64,000 bases of DNA from an uncultured Verrucomicrobiae bacterium (GCA_963815455.1 CAWFGO010000001.1:864001-928000); one strand, 5' to 3'. Counted from the first letter of the stretch, positions 9,771-22,070 are shown. Program-made: numbers and translations. Notes: generated by a model from the letters alone, not told the origin.

Positions 9771-12251
9771 ATGCCGTTACCCGCTTCCCCCACTCAACTC
9801 CCAGCGTCGCCGCCGCCGCCGCGAGCTCCAACTGCGCCGGCGCCACCAGCGCCAATTTCTTTCGAAGTCCCCATGGAAACGTCGCGTGGAATCGACTTTC
9901 GCCATCTTTGGCACACGCTGATCGAGCGGATTTGGATCGTGGCGATCTGCACGCTGGCCGGGATCGTTCTTGCCTTGGGGTACCTGGCGCGAACCCCGAA
10001 ACTTTATCAGGGCCACATCGTGCTGGAAGTCGAGTTTGCCGAACCATCAATGGTGGCCAGCGAGGATTCGAGCAGCCGCATTCGGTCGATGTTTCTGGCC
10101 AGCCAGGAAGCTCTGCGCACAATCGAGCAAAATCTTGTCAATCGCAGTTTGCTCGCTCGAGTGATTCGCGCTGAAAATCTAGCTGAAGACGGCGGGGCCA
10201 TGTTATTGGGCCGCGGCAAAGGCGCGCCGGCAATGCCGAAAGGATCGCCTTCCTCGAATCCAAAGCGGGAAATTTCGTCCCTCACCGAACACGAGCCAGT
10301 CTTTACGCCTACCGAAGAAGCGCTGGCCGGGGCTCTTTCCACGATGGTCAAGCCAGTGATCCGCCGCGGTACTCGTCTGATCGATCTCTATGTCACTAAT
10401 CCCGATCCGGCATTGGCCCATCGGCTGGCGGAAGCCGTTGGTCGCGAATACATCCGCAATTCGATCGAGCGACGCGCATCATTTACCCAGGACACTCTGC
10501 GCTTCCTGCTCGAGGAAGAAGAACGCCTGAAGGCAAACTTGCAAAAGAGTGAGGCTGCGGTTGCGGAATACAAAGAGCGAACGCCCGACGCGCTCCAACT
10601 TGGTGGAGGGGCGGCCGCAACCGGCTCTCAAGCCGGCGCCGGGGGTGGCCGGGGCGGTTTGGTCGAAGACAAACTCCAGGAGCTGAGCACCAAATTGATG
10701 ACCGCCAAAACCGATCGCCTTCGCCTCGAAGGCGAACTAGGGCAGGTGGAGGAAGCTGGCGACAACGTCAAAGCGCTTCTGGCCGCTCCGACCGTGGCAA
10801 ACGCTCCCGTGGTGGCCGAACGGCGCCGCGAACTAAGCCAGATCGAATCCGCCATGGCGACGCTCTCCCAGCGTTACAAGGAAAAACACCCCAAAATGAT
10901 TGCCGCGAAAGCTGCTTTAGCCGAGACCCAAAGCGCCCTGCGCCGTGCCGTCCTCGATCAGCCTTCCGTTTTGCGCAACGCACTCGAGCAGGCGCGCCTG
11001 GCGGAGAAAAATCTCGAAACCGCAGCGCAAGAGCAGGAGAAAGCCGCGCTCGCACTCAACAAGGCCGCGATCGGTTATCAGGAATTGGCCCGACAGGCCG
11101 AAACCGACCGCGCCCTTTACGAAAGCGTCCTGCGCCAGATCAAGCAGACCGATCTTACCAAGGGCGTAAAAGCAAATGCGGTAAGCGTAGTCGAACATTC
11201 TCAGATTCCTCGCATCCCGGTCAGTCCAAACGTGAAGAAATCGGTGGCGCTCGGTTTGCTAGGCGGGCTCGCTGCCGGTCTGGCGATTATTTTCGGACTC
11301 AATGCGCTCGATCGTTCTTTGAAAACGGTCGATCAAACTGAAACCGCACTCGGTCTTCCTGTTTTGGCTGCGGTTCCCGAAGTAAAAATGGGCGAGGCCT
11401 CATTGCGACCCCCAGATGAGGCCGGGCCGCCCGGCACTGCCAGTTATCGCTTGATGGCGGAGGCGCCGGAGGGCCCGGCCGCCGAAGCCTTCCGCAATCT
11501 ACGGGCCTCCCTCTCTCTTCTCGGCCCCGAAGCCGAGCGAAAAGTTTTCATGTTCACCAGTGCTTTGCCCGGTGAAGGAAAAAGTTTTACCAGCGCCAAT
11601 TACGCGCTCGCTCTGGCCCAGCAAGGGCACCGCGTTCTTTTGATCGACGGCGATTTGCGACGCCCGAGTCTTCACAAGATTTTCATCCGGCCGTCGCCCG
11701 GCGAAGGCGCGCATGCCGATTTCGATGTCGATGTTGCCGGCATCGTCGACTATTTGATCGGTGAAGTTACTCTCGAGGAAGCAATCCATCCCGTCGCTGC
11801 CCGCGATGTGGACGTTCTCGGGACAGCCCCCGCTGACGAACGCACCGTGACTGCGACCGGCGGGGAGTTGTCCGTCCTTACCGGCGGTCGCCGCGCGCCA
11901 AACCCCGCCGAGTTGCTCAGCGGCAATTCTTTTGGCGAGCTGGTCGCCGAAGCGGCAAAGGCGTTCGATCGCATCGTTATCGACAGCGCTCCGGTCCTGG
12001 CCGTAAGCGATACATTGCTAATGACGCCGTATGCCCAAAGCGTTTGCATGGTCGTGCACGCCAGTAAAACCGCCCGCAACGCCGTGCAACGGGCGATCTC
12101 GCTTCTTGCCGGAACCGGACGACAACCGGCCGGGATCATTCTCAACCGCCTCCCCCGCCGGCGCGGCGCCGGCTATTACTACTACTACGCCTCCCACGGC
12201 TACGGCGCCGGCGAAGGATCGTATTCGGGCGGGTACATCACGGGGGATTAG
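9771..12251 (+). CDS. wzc: Polysaccharide co-polymerase / tyrosine autokinase (Wzc/GumC)
   Basis: Two TM segments flanking a coiled coil, Walker A TSALPGEGKS, LLIDGDLRRP, VIDSAP, C-terminal Tyr cluster YYYYY. Confidence 0.9.
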   Translation: MPLPASPTQLPASPPPPRAPTAPAPPAPISFEVPMETSRGIDFRHLWHTLIERIWIVAICTLAGIVLALGYLARTPKLYQGHIVLEVEFAEPSMVASEDSSSRIRSMFLASQEALRTIEQNLVNRSLLARVIRAENLAEDGGAMLLGRGKGAPAMPKGSPSSNPKREISSLTEHEPVFTPTEEALAGALSTMVKPVIRRGTRLIDLYVTNPDPALAHRLAEAVGREYIRNSIERRASFTQDTLRFLLEEEERLKANLQKSEAAVAEYKERTPDALQLGGGAAATGSQAGAGGGRGGLVEDKLQELSTKLMTAKTDRLRLEGELGQVEEAGDNVKALLAAPTVANAPVVAERRRELSQIESAMATLSQRYKEKHPKMIAAKAALAETQSALRRAVLDQPSVLRNALEQARLAEKNLETAAQEQEKAALALNKAAIGYQELARQAETDRALYESVLRQIKQTDLTKGVKANAVSVVEHSQIPRIPVSPNVKKSVALGLLGGLAAGLAIIFGLNALDRSLKTVDQTETALGLPVLAAVPEVKMGEASLRPPDEAGPPGTASYRLMAEAPEGPAAEAFRNLRASLSLLGPEAERKVFMFTSALPGEGKSFTSANYALALAQQGHRVLLIDGDLRRPSLHKIFIRPSPGEGAHADFDVDVAGIVDYLIGEVTLEEAIHPVAARDVDVLGTAPADERTVTATGGELSVLTGGRRAPNPAELLSGNSFGELVAEAAKAFDRIVIDSAPVLAVSDTLLMTPYAQSVCMVVHASKTARNAVQRAISLLAGTGRQPAGIILNRLPRRRGAGYYYYYASHGYGAGEGSYSGGYITGD

Positions 12252-12299
12252 ACGCAGACAACGTCGAAGATCACAACAGACAAATCTGATCGCATTCTG

Positions 12300-12713
12300 T
12301 CAACCACTCCGACGCAACCGCCACAAATCAAAAATGAGATTGATTCCGAGTTTCGCCGCACTGATTACATTGATACTGGTAACGCCACCCCGGCGTCGCA
12401 TAAACCGAATCGGCTCATTAACCCAGCGCACCTTGCTGTTTTGCTTTAATCGGTAAGTCAGCGCCACGTTATGAACCTCGAAGTCTGCCGGGATCTTCGC
12501 AATCGCGGCCGCCAACACAGATCGAGAAATCAGACGATAAGGAACATTGGGATCCACCATGTCGATTCCGCATATTACCATGGAACTCCACCGGCAAATC
12601 TTTGACGTCAGGGCCCGCGCCCAGCCGTCATCCCGTCGCGTCCGGACTCCAAATACACAATCAGCGTTTGTTCTGGATGCCCAGAATTTCTCTAAATCAC
12701 CGGGGTCGCATTG
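12300..12713 (-). pseudogene. C-terminal half of a GT2 (DPM-synthase-like) glycosyltransferase; 5' half missing
   Basis: Frame reads QCDPGDLEKFW…VFGVRTRRDDG…DPNVPYRL. The expected preceding DxDG and the whole N-terminus are absent, and only about 100 bp separate it from the upstream gene's stop. Confidence 0.7.
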
Positions 12714-12817
12714 ACGTGACCGACGGCAGAAACTGAGCCGGGGTTAGCCCGAGCGAAAATAGAAAGTAGAATACGTTTTCTACTAGCCTTTCAAAGTCGT
12801 TAGCCTTTCTACTTTCG

Positions 12818-14355
12818 TTACCTCCCTTTGCCGAACAGCATCGTGTGCACCGTTTTCAGAACGATCATGGCATCCAGTTTCAGCGAGTAATGCCGGATAT
12901 AATAGAGATCGGTACCTGAAGTTTCTCGATCGCGTCCTGCTCGCTTTCCCCGTAGGGATAATTGACCTGAGCCCAGCCGGTGATGCCCGGCTTCACCAGG
13001 TGCCGGAAATGATAAAACGGAATCTTCTTTTCGTAGCGCTCGGCGCATTTGATCCATTCCGCGCGGGGCCCGATCAGGCTCATGTCGCCCCGGAACACAT
13101 TCCAGAGCTGCGGTAATTCATCGAGCCGCAGTTTCCGCAGCCACCGCCCCACACGTGTCACGCGTGGATCATCCACTCTCGTGTAGATATCGTCGTTCTC
13201 ATCCGAAGCCAGCATCGACATCGTCCGAAATTTATAGGCGGTAAAAACTTCACTTTCGCGTCCAATGCGAGCTTGCCGAAAAATGACCGGCGAACCACTC
13301 GTTAACCAGACCAGGCAACCCGCCACCAGCATCAAGGGAGCGCTGATAACCAATAGCAGGCCTGAGAGCGCGACATCGCAAAGCCGTTTCAGGTAATGAT
13401 AAGGCGAAATTCGGGCCAGCTGGAAACCCATCTGCAACGGCCAGAACGGATCGATCGTGTGCATCGGCACATGCCGCCAGTTTGCCTCATAAAATGATTC
13501 GAGCGTGTAAACCCGGGTCCGCTGAAACTGGGTGCGCACCAGGCGGTCGATCAATTCCCGGCTGAGCCTGTCCACGCTTTCAGCCAGGATCACCCCGCTG
13601 TAACTCCGATCGAGCTGGGCCAGCCTTTCCGCCACTCCGCCCTGAATAATGGGGGAACCATCACCCGCGATTGTCGATCCAACCCGAGTCGGATCGTCAT
13701 CCATAAACTCGAGGCGCTGCTGGTTAGGCGATTGTTTGTAAACCTCGTAGAAGCGCTCGGCCAGCTCGCCGCTGCCAATTACCAGAAAAGCCCGTTGCGC
13801 AGTGGAAGCGGCAATTTTTTGCCGGAAAAAGCGCCGATAAAGTAGTGAAATTGGGAGAAAGATCACGAAGCCAAGCAACAACACACCGCGGCTCGGTTTC
13901 ATCGTCGCATCGAATGCCGCCGCCGAATAAAGCAGAAACGAGCTCACCCCTGCAGCCACGATAATCGCCAGGATATGCTCGGTCGTATAAGTCAGGCCGC
14001 GCATCTCCGTATTCCGACTGTAACCGCCGACGATATAAAGCGCCTGGACCAGCACGCCCACGGTAATGAGATCGACCAGAACGAACTCAAACGGACTAAC
14101 AAAGAATGCATCCCGCCGAATAAAGCCGATGAAACCATAGAGAGTGATCCAGCACACGATATCGCACATCAACAAAAGCAACGCCGCAGTCCATTCGTGG
14201 CCACGGCCCCGGGAAAATGCGCCCCGCGCCTTCTCGCCGTGCCCTGTCGTCTCAGGCGCCGGTTCCTGCCAAACCGGCGGCTCGATGAGTTCGTCGGGCA
14301 ACGTCTCTGATCGGGATGGGGTTGGCGATCGTCGAGCAAACATAAACCAAGCCAC
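12818..14355 (-). CDS. Priming undecaprenyl-phosphate sugar phosphotransferase (WcaJ/WbaP family), frameshifted near 12915
   Basis: KFRTM, LDELPQLWNVFRGDMSLIGPR, KPGITGWAQVN. The expected KLQYDLYYI appears as cag-g-tac-c-gat, i.e. two extra bases. Confidence 0.9.
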
Positions 14356-14513
14356 TTGAGAAGCTAGCAGCCAACCTTAACCGTGCAGGAAACGTGCCGC
14401 TGGCCGCGCCGCATTTTTGCATGGCTACATTATGATAACTCCTAGAATTGTCAGGTGGATTTGACGGTAGCCACGGTCAAGGCCCGATTGTAAATTTCTT
14501 AACCTCCGATCAT

Positions 14514-16324
14514 CTAGCTAGAGATGTCGATCGCATTTGCAGTGATAAAGTTTTCCAAAGCAAACAGGCACCACCGACGATACCAGTTTCTCAATGGAAT
14601 CGGGCTTTCCGCTTCGATCCGACTGAAAATGTCCTGCCATTCTCCCGTTATCCAATCCTTAAACGGAAAGACAAAGCCCTGCTTGGGCCGCTCGCGCACC
14701 CAATCCGGAATCTCTGGCACAGCGTCGAGCAATATCCGTTTGCTGGAAGAGAGTCGAAGATCTGCCGGGATCGGCTCGATCGCCTCCATTAACCGCGTAT
14801 CAACATACGGAACGCGAAGTTCGAGGCTCCACGCCATGCTCATCACATCACTATCGCGCAAAAGTTGATTACGCATGTACCGGGTCAGCTCAAGATAACT
14901 CACTTCATCCGCCAGGGTCGGCTGCGGCGGTACATGAAAGCCGACCTCAGGCGAAAATCCATTTCCAAGCGGATTACAAAAGCGCGCTAGCAGCAGCTTT
15001 ACTTCGGCCGGGGTAAAGATTCCACGCATCGCCCAGTATGCCGCGGCCATAGTCGGTGGCTCGGTCAAAAAATGGCCGAGCCTGTTGGTGCGGGAGCCGG
15101 TAAATCGCATTTGCAGGCTCTTTCCCGCGGCCCGCCGGAGCGCCCACAACGGATTGAGCGCTCTGCTGGCGGTCACCATGCGCGGCACTAGTTCGAATGA
15201 TTGGTACCCGCCGAAGATTTCATCCCCGCCCAAACCGGATAGGACAACCTTCAATTCGTGATCGTGCGCCAGCTTCGAAACACAAAATGTGTTGAAGCCG
15301 TCGATACTGGGCTGATCGGAATGCTCCAGAAAATCCGCGAGCAATCGCTTCGCAGTATTAGAGTCGAGTCTCCAGTCCGCGTGCTGGGTTCGAAAATGGC
15401 TTGCGGTTCGAGTGGCCGCATGCCCCTCATCGAATCGTGGATCATCAAAAGAAATACAGAAGGTTCGCAGATCGCTTTTTGCCAACTGTGAGGCCACCGC
15501 AACGATCGCAGTCGAATCCACTCCGCCACTGAGAAAGACGCCGACCGGGACATCACTGACTAGATGGCGTTCGACAGATTCAAATAAGGCGCGACGCACC
15601 CGGGCAACCGCGTCCCCGCGAGGCAGCGGTTCATCGCCAAACTGGACGTCCCAAAACTTCGTCCGTTTGGTCCTGCCGTCCCGCCAAACGAGCCAGTGCC
15701 CCGCCGGCAGCGCAAAAACATTTTCGACCAGCGTAAGCGGTTCCGGCACGGCGCCAAAGAGCAGGTAACCGGCGGTCGCCTCAGCCGACAACTGCCGCGG
15801 GACCAGTCCGGTCTGCAGCAACGCCCGCACCTCGGACGAGAACAGCAGATGTCCGTTACACTCGTGATAATAAAGTTGTTTGATGCCAAGCGGCCCGCGC
15901 GCGAGAAAACAGGACTGGTCCTGCTCATCCCAAATGGCAATGGCAAACATGCCTTCGAATTCGCGCACGCAGTCCGGCCCGTAGCGCACAAACATTTTCA
16001 GAACTACTTCCGTGTCGGAGCGCGAACTGAACACTTCGCCTTCCGCTTCCAATTCTGCGCGCAGCGCCGCAAAGTTATAGATCTCGCCGTTATAGGTGAT
16101 GTGGAATCGGCCGTCCGGTGTTGACATTGGCTGATGGCCCGCAGTCGGTAAGATCCAAAATCGCGAGCCGGGTGTTGACTAACCCGCTGTGGCCATTGCC
16201 GGAGATAAACATTCCGCCGATCGTCCGGTCCGCGGTGGTGCAAGTCCCGTTGCAATTGTAGCAATATCTTCTCGAGCTCATCTCGGGAAACCTTGGCATT
16301 AATTATTCCGGCGATGCCGCACAT
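14514..16324 (-). CDS. asnB: Asparagine synthase (glutamine-hydrolysing)-family amidotransferase, frameshifted near 16220 and 16140
   Basis: N-terminal MCGIAG, HRGPD, RLAILDL, YNGEIYNF, FLSGGVDS, LSGLGGDE, spread over three frames. Confidence 0.88.
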
Positions 16325-16325
16325 A

Positions 16326-17466
16326 TTAAGATTTTGAATTACCGAATCGTTCTACAATTTGGCGCATCCGTTCGGCAAATTTTTCATATCCATACGCTTC
16401 GAAGACTTCGCGCCGCAATGCTTCCGGCTGAAAAAGAATCTTTGCCGGATGTTGCCGTGTAGAGAATTTGAACGAGCGCGGTGGATATTTCTTCAACGCT
16501 GTCCGGGATCGACCAACAGGCCAAGTTTTCCGTTCAAGCACGGCATCGACCGAGCCATCTTTGTTTCCGGCAACGACCGGTTTGCCACAGGCGAGAGCCT
16601 CCAAGAATACAATACCAAAGCCCTCGCCTTTGCTCGGCATGGCGAAGACATCACACAAATTATAATGCGCCGAGAGTTCATGATCCGGAATGTATCCGGC
16701 CAGAGTCACATATTCCGTTAGGCCGAGCTCACGGATTAACGTGATCACACGCGCGCGGTCCGGCCCCCGTCCACCAAGAACATATCGCGCGGTTGGGAAA
16801 CGCTCACGCACCACAGCAAACGCACGCAACACTTGATCGTACCCCTTGTAACGCTCCGCACTTGCCAGTCGCCCGATTGTCAGGATAACAGGCTGATCAG
16901 GCCGCAAACCGTAACGCTTGAGCAGGAATCGCGGCTTCGTCTCGGGCAAAAACTTTTCTGGGTCGAACGTATTCGGGAGCACTGCTATTTCGGTCCGCGC
17001 AGACTCCAATCGCAGTCGCCATCCGTTGCCGCGTGCACTCACTCACCGCCAGGAGTTGATTAGCCGCGACCAAAGCGCGCTTCACTGGTTCACTCTGGAT
17101 TTCCCACACTTCGACACCATGGCCGATGGCAAGAAATGGAATCTTGAGCAATTTCTGCAACCAGCCCGCGACCGGGGCGAAATTTACGTGAGTCGTAATG
17201 ATCAAATCGGGACGCTCGCGCCAAGCGCATAGTAACAACTTGAGCGTAAATGCCGCCGTGCGTTGCGACGGACTCCACCAGCCCAGGGGCGAAACTTCTG
17301 TGGCTGGCTCATCATCGAGATCGGCCGCGGAGGTGTCGTTCTTCGCGAAAACATGCAATCTGACGTTTGGCAGGCAATCCCTCAACGCGCGCACAACAAA
17401 CCGCGATAGCGTCTGGATCCCGCCGATTCCGGATTCGTAGTCAGGAACCCAGACGTGTACCGTCAT
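16326..17466 (-). CDS. GT4 family glycosyltransferase, frameshifted
   Basis: GGIQ, HGVEVW, RYKGYD, FAMPSKGEGFGIVFLEALACGKPV in two or three frames. Confidence 0.85.
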
Positions 17467-18264
17467 TTTGCGTATTGGGAGCGATAGCCTCCGGTTTGTG
17501 TCGCTCGGTCAATAATCGGATCGACAATAGCACTTCTGCGATGGTGCGTTGACCAACATAAAACCAACCCGGCCAGCCATCGAGGATCAAGCCACGGGCA
17601 AAAAGCAGATACAAAAACATCACCGGCGGTCCAAAGAACAATCCATCGACGCAACCGATCCTGGAAATTCAGTTGGCTGGAAGATATCGCAAGCAAATGT
17701 CGAGCTTCGATTTTTGCATACGAGTTCTGCGCAGCGATCCAAAGCCGGAAGGACTTGCGATCATCATGATAGATCTTGCCCACCAAGCGACTGGATAATG
17801 CCGTCGGTCCATGACACGGTGAGTGTGCCCGTCATCGCGATAGTATGCAACATCGATCCCTTCTAAATAGCACTATGCGCGGCGGATAAACAGATGCACG
17901 TAGCGGATGCCCGAAAATTCGATATTCAAATTGGCTCTCAAACCCGACGACTTCCTGGTCCGGCTCTAAAGATTGGATTTCTGGCAATCAGATCGGAAGT
18001 CACCACATAATCCGCGTCGAGTGGATAGCACCCATTCGGTCTTAATTTGTGCTCAATCCGAAATTCCACTGACCGGCAAACGAGTCGAATCCGCGGCTCA
18101 AAATGATAATGCCTGGATGCGCGACCTGGGCTATCTCAGATCATCCGTCAGTGCTGAGGCTATCAACGATCACCACCTCCTGCCCACGACAGCGCGCCCA
18201 GAGTGCGCGCAATATTTTCCTTTTCATTAAAGGTGAGAACCAATGGCGTAACGTCGATCCTCAC
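17441..18264 (-). CDS. GT2 family glycosyltransferase, multiply frameshifted
   Basis: Begins VRIDVTPLVLTFNEKENIARTL; later IYHDDRKS and LILDGWPGWFY in other frames. Confidence 0.7.
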
Positions 18265-18590
18265 AATCGTAGACCGCCTTCGCTGATCTCTGGCCTTTGG
18301 TCCGTGATATCCGAAACTGGCCGATCTCCCGACATCAGCATTGTCATCCAAAAATAGGGAACCCGTCCGGCGCCGCGGAAACACAGATTGATGAACCCGG
18401 TTTCGCGCAAAAGTCGAGAAAGTGTGTTGCGGCTCCAGAATTTTATGTGCCCGCCGTCCCACAGCGGATTGGCGTGTACGTCGTGCTTGTTCAATATCGC
18501 AAGAGCAAGATTTTTTAAGTAGCAATGGTATGGAGTCGAACAAACAAATCGTCCACGCGGCCTAACCGCGTGATAACAGCCAGCGACATT
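18261..18590 (-). pseudogene. C-terminal remnant of a class I SAM-dependent methyltransferase
   Basis: …CYHAVRPRGRFVCSTPYHCYLKNLAL…LWDGGHIKFWSRNTL…; no start codon and no SAM-binding motif upstream. Confidence 0.65.
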
Positions 18591-18641
18591 AACGCAGTGA
18601 GAGAAATCATTGCGAATCGCTGAGCGCGTTGAACTCGACGA

Positions 18642-19815
18642 TCAGTCGTACATTTCTCGCAGTCGGCGGCCGACTGAATCAAACGAGTAACGTTCGGTCA
18701 CCAACCGGCGAGCATTTGTTACGAGACGACCAGCTTCGACAATTTTCTTGTCTTAAAAGCCGGAATATTGCCTTAGCGATTTCCGGAGCATTTAGTTAAA
18801 ACACAACAATGCCGGCATCGCCCATTTGAACATCGCCACTGATAGCCACCCCTTCACTTACAATTGTTGGCACTCCTGCAGAAAGAGCTTCGGCGGCGGC
18901 TACGCCAAAATTTTCGGAAGAAGAAGGCAAAACAAAAACGTCGGCCGCACCAAACGCTCCGGATTTACATGCGCCAGTAATGTGACCGGCCCAAACAACG
19001 GAATCCGCAATTCCCAGTTGATCTGCGCGACGACGCAAGGCGCTGACATAGTTCGAATCGCCGCCGCCCGCAATTACTAGCACAACGTCTCGGACCATTC
19101 TTTGCACGTCGGAAAATGCGGCGAGCAGCAGTTCAAGACCTTTTTTCCGATCGATCCGCGAGAGGAATAGTACTATGCGACGTCCGGCAATCTGCGGATA
19201 ATGTTTCAGAAAATCATCCGGGGCACCTCGCAGGTCTTCGATCGGCGGCGGAATAACGACGGATCGTTGCTCGATAATGAAGCGGCTAATCGCATTCGCT
19301 TCCAGTCTTTCGGCCTCGGATGTGAAATGAAGCGCCGCGGCGTTGCGCAGGATTGGCAACTCGATTAACCGAAGCGAGACTCGTTTGGCCAGCGACCGCC
19401 GATTCTCAAGTCCCCACCGATTTAATACTCCCAGAGGGCGGACGATGTACGGCACGCGACGCCGGCGCGCGGCGCGCGCTGCTTGGGTGCTGCTAAATGA
19501 AAAGAGTGCGTGAATATGAACAAGGTCGAACTGTCCGATGTTCTGATTGAGCCAGCGCCCCAATCCGAACGATACCTTATACGGAAGGAAATTACGACGG
19601 AAGTAGAACACGTTTGCTCCGTTCTGCTGCAGGGGTTTGCCCAGGGGAATCTCGAGGTGCGCGTCGTTCCCATCGTCATCGGTCGTCGCGATCGTAACAT
19701 CAACATCAACATCGGCGAGCGCTCGTGCGATTGCGCGTATGGCAAAGCTCGGTCCGCCATGCTTTAAAGAAAGCGACGGGATGACATGCAGCGCGCGAAT
19801 GCGTCGATCATCCAT
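18642..19815 (-). CDS. GT4 family glycosyltransferase, disrupted near 18800-18720
   Basis: FLSRIDRKKGLELL, VLPSSSENFGVAAAEA. The C-terminal tail NARRLVTERYSFDSVGRRLREMYD lies after an in-frame stop and a frameshift. Confidence 0.85.
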
Positions 19816-21013
19816 GCGAAAGCAACGGTCGCAACCAAGCTAGAAAACGTTCGGCGTAATTATCCCACGTCCATTTCGCTACTCGCTGTGATGCAGCTGC
19901 GCCCATTTCTCCCAATTCCGCAGGATGCGCAAGCGCCCAATCCAGTGCGGTCGTGAACTGATCCTGGTCGCCGTAATCAATTAAAAGGCCCTCTACGCGA
20001 TTAGTAATCGTGTCGGGCGCGCCACAGTTCTTGCTGGCGATCACTGGGAGGCCACGACTCATTGCCTCGAGAATTACGTGGCCAAATCCATCCGCTACAG
20101 CATTGAACACAAGAGCAGACGCCTCACGATAATGTCGATCTAGTTCTTCGCGTGGCAGGCGCGGCACATGCGTAAACATTCCGTGAAAATCTTCCAGGAA
20201 TTCGCGGGAAAGAAACATGCCGCCGACCAGCCTCAATTCATGCGTGCGATAGGCTTTCAATGTTTTCCAGGCTATCAGCAACCGGTGAACACCCTTGCGC
20301 ATTGTAATATTTCCCACGTAAAGAAACATCGGCCTCCGCGTAATATCTGTTGCTGTTGATGATGCGCTATCGATGCCAAAAGGAATGCATTCCGTGTTAG
20401 CCATGCCGTGCTTTTGCAATGATTCGCTGACAAACTTGGATGGACAGATCACACGGTCGGCAAGTTTGAGTTCAGCATCTTTCCTGTCCGTTCTATCGGG
20501 CGCGAACTCCCGCTGGTCCGTTGCGGCATGGCAAACCCTCGGGAACTCTCTTATTTCATTCCCCATTAATTCCTCAACCAATCGCCAGTACGCGGTCGGC
20601 AATTGATAGATAGTTTTTACTCCGATTTGCTTTGCTCGACGAAAGGTGCGCACGCAGCAATCCTCGCGCGCGAAGACTGCACCAACCGATGGATGCACAC
20701 GCTTCCGCGCGAAGCGATCCAGAAATGCGAATGAAGCATCCGTGGCACGCGTTCGCGATTGTGTAAGCGCGAGAACCACGTAAAACACAATGTCTGCGGT
20801 CCATTTTGCGTCCGTGATGTTGCGTTCAACCGGCGAAGCTGGTCGCCGCGAAAATGGTTGAGTAATCCTCGAGCTTGCGAGGACACGCTTGAATGGCGGC
20901 GCTGTTCCTCGAGTAACAAGTCTTTCAAGTAATCCCGAAGCGTACAGAATCTTTGCCGTTGCCGTCGTATCCGGCCCCAGCGATGGCATCAGACAAACAA
21001 TTCTCCTTTTCAT
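19808..21013 (-). CDS. GT4 family glycosyltransferase
   Basis: YVGNITMRKG, DGFGHVILEAMSRGLPVI. Confidence 0.88.
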   Translation of the reverse strand: MKRRIVCLMPSLGPDTTATAKILYASGLLERLVTRGTAPPFKRVLASSRITQPFSRRPASPVERNITDAKWTADIVFYVVLALTQSRTRATDASFAFLDRFARKRVHPSVGAVFAREDCCVRTFRRAKQIGVKTIYQLPTAYWRLVEELMGNEIREFPRVCHAATDQREFAPDRTDRKDAELKLADRVICPSKFVSESLQKHGMANTECIPFGIDSASSTATDITRRPMFLYVGNITMRKGVHRLLIAWKTLKAYRTHELRLVGGMFLSREFLEDFHGMFTHVPRLPREELDRHYREASALVFNAVADGFGHVILEAMSRGLPVIASKNCGAPDTITNRVEGLLIDYGDQDQFTTALDWALAHPAELGEMGAAASQRVAKWTWDNYAERFLAWLRPLLSHG

Positions 21014-21044
21014 CTGCGCAAGTCTCAGCCTTCGCCGCGGAATA

Positions 21045-22070
21045 TTACCGATGGGACGCTATCAAAAACACGCTATCCGCTACCAGGCGCAGCGGTCGAA
21101 AACCAAAGGATAGCCTCTTGAGCAATTCCGATGTCCACAACAACACCTTTTTCCAAAACGGCATCAAGTGTGAATCTGCTTTTTGCAATCCTAACCCAAA
21201 GTAACAGTCACTTCTTAGATCGACAGCGTATTCGGAAGGAGAAAAGAAGTTCTCGATTGCACGGGGATCTAGATATCGGACCTCGAATCCTCGAGCCTCA
21301 CGAAAACCGCGTCGGGCTTGATGATAGATGGATCGAAGGCCATAACAGTTGGCGAACTGAAGTTGCACGAAGCCGTTGCCATCAAGCACTCGCGTCGCTT
21401 CCTTTAACGTCTTCTTGACGTCTTCGATGCCGAAATGCTGTAACACGCTGTAAGAATAGACGACATCAAAAATATTATCTTTGAAAGGGAGATAACGAGC
21501 ATCTCCAACAACCCACTTAACATCAAGGCTTAAACTTCTGGCGGCCCTTCGACCAGCCAGAACCGCTCCCAACGAAGGATCGATTCCAATCGGAACATAA
21601 CCTTTTCGCGCACCCGCCATACACCAGCGACCCCAACTGCATCCGATATCTAAAAAATATTCCCCGCTACCATTAGGAAGATCGATCTGAGGAATTGGAT
21701 ATTCTTGAAGGCGCCCAACAAGGTGTTTGTATAAGATCCCGTTGGTGTGTGCGACAAGATAATTTATGACAGGGTCAACCGAGTTCTTGCCGGCTTGAAA
21801 ATCCCGGAGCACGCTCTGGCGTTCTTCTTCATGAATCCCAAGTGTCTGCAGAAATAAGCAATCGTCCGTTCGATTCTTTTCTCTCGCCGCCTCGATTGAA
21901 CCTCCAATCACGTGAAGCGTGGGATCGGCTTCCTCGATCAAGAGAACCGGAATTCCACTGATTATTGGAAAGCGGTGGCCGGAAGAACAGACTAGTTCTT
22001 CGTCAATCTCCTCGAAGGCTTGCCGATCTCTCGGGCAGCTAAGATGTCGCGCCAGCCATCCGTCCAACAT
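21045..22070 (-). CDS. Class I SAM-dependent methyltransferase with Trm112-like N-terminal module
   Basis: LSCPRD…CSSGHRFPIISGIPVLL; LDIGCSWGRW; GDARYLPFKDNIFDVV. Confidence 0.8.
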   Translation of the reverse strand: MLDGWLARHLSCPRDRQAFEEIDEELVCSSGHRFPIISGIPVLLIEEADPTLHVIGGSIEAAREKNRTDDCLFLQTLGIHEEERQSVLRDFQAGKNSVDPVINYLVAHTNGILYKHLVGRLQEYPIPQIDLPNGSGEYFLDIGCSWGRWCMAGARKGYVPIGIDPSLGAVLAGRRAARSLSLDVKWVVGDARYLPFKDNIFDVVYSYSVLQHFGIEDVKKTLKEATRVLDGNGFVQLQFANCYGLRSIYHQARRGFREARGFEVRYLDPRAIENFFSPSEYAVDLRSDCYFGLGLQKADSHLMPFWKKVLLWTSELLKRLSFGFRPLRLVADSVFLIASHR

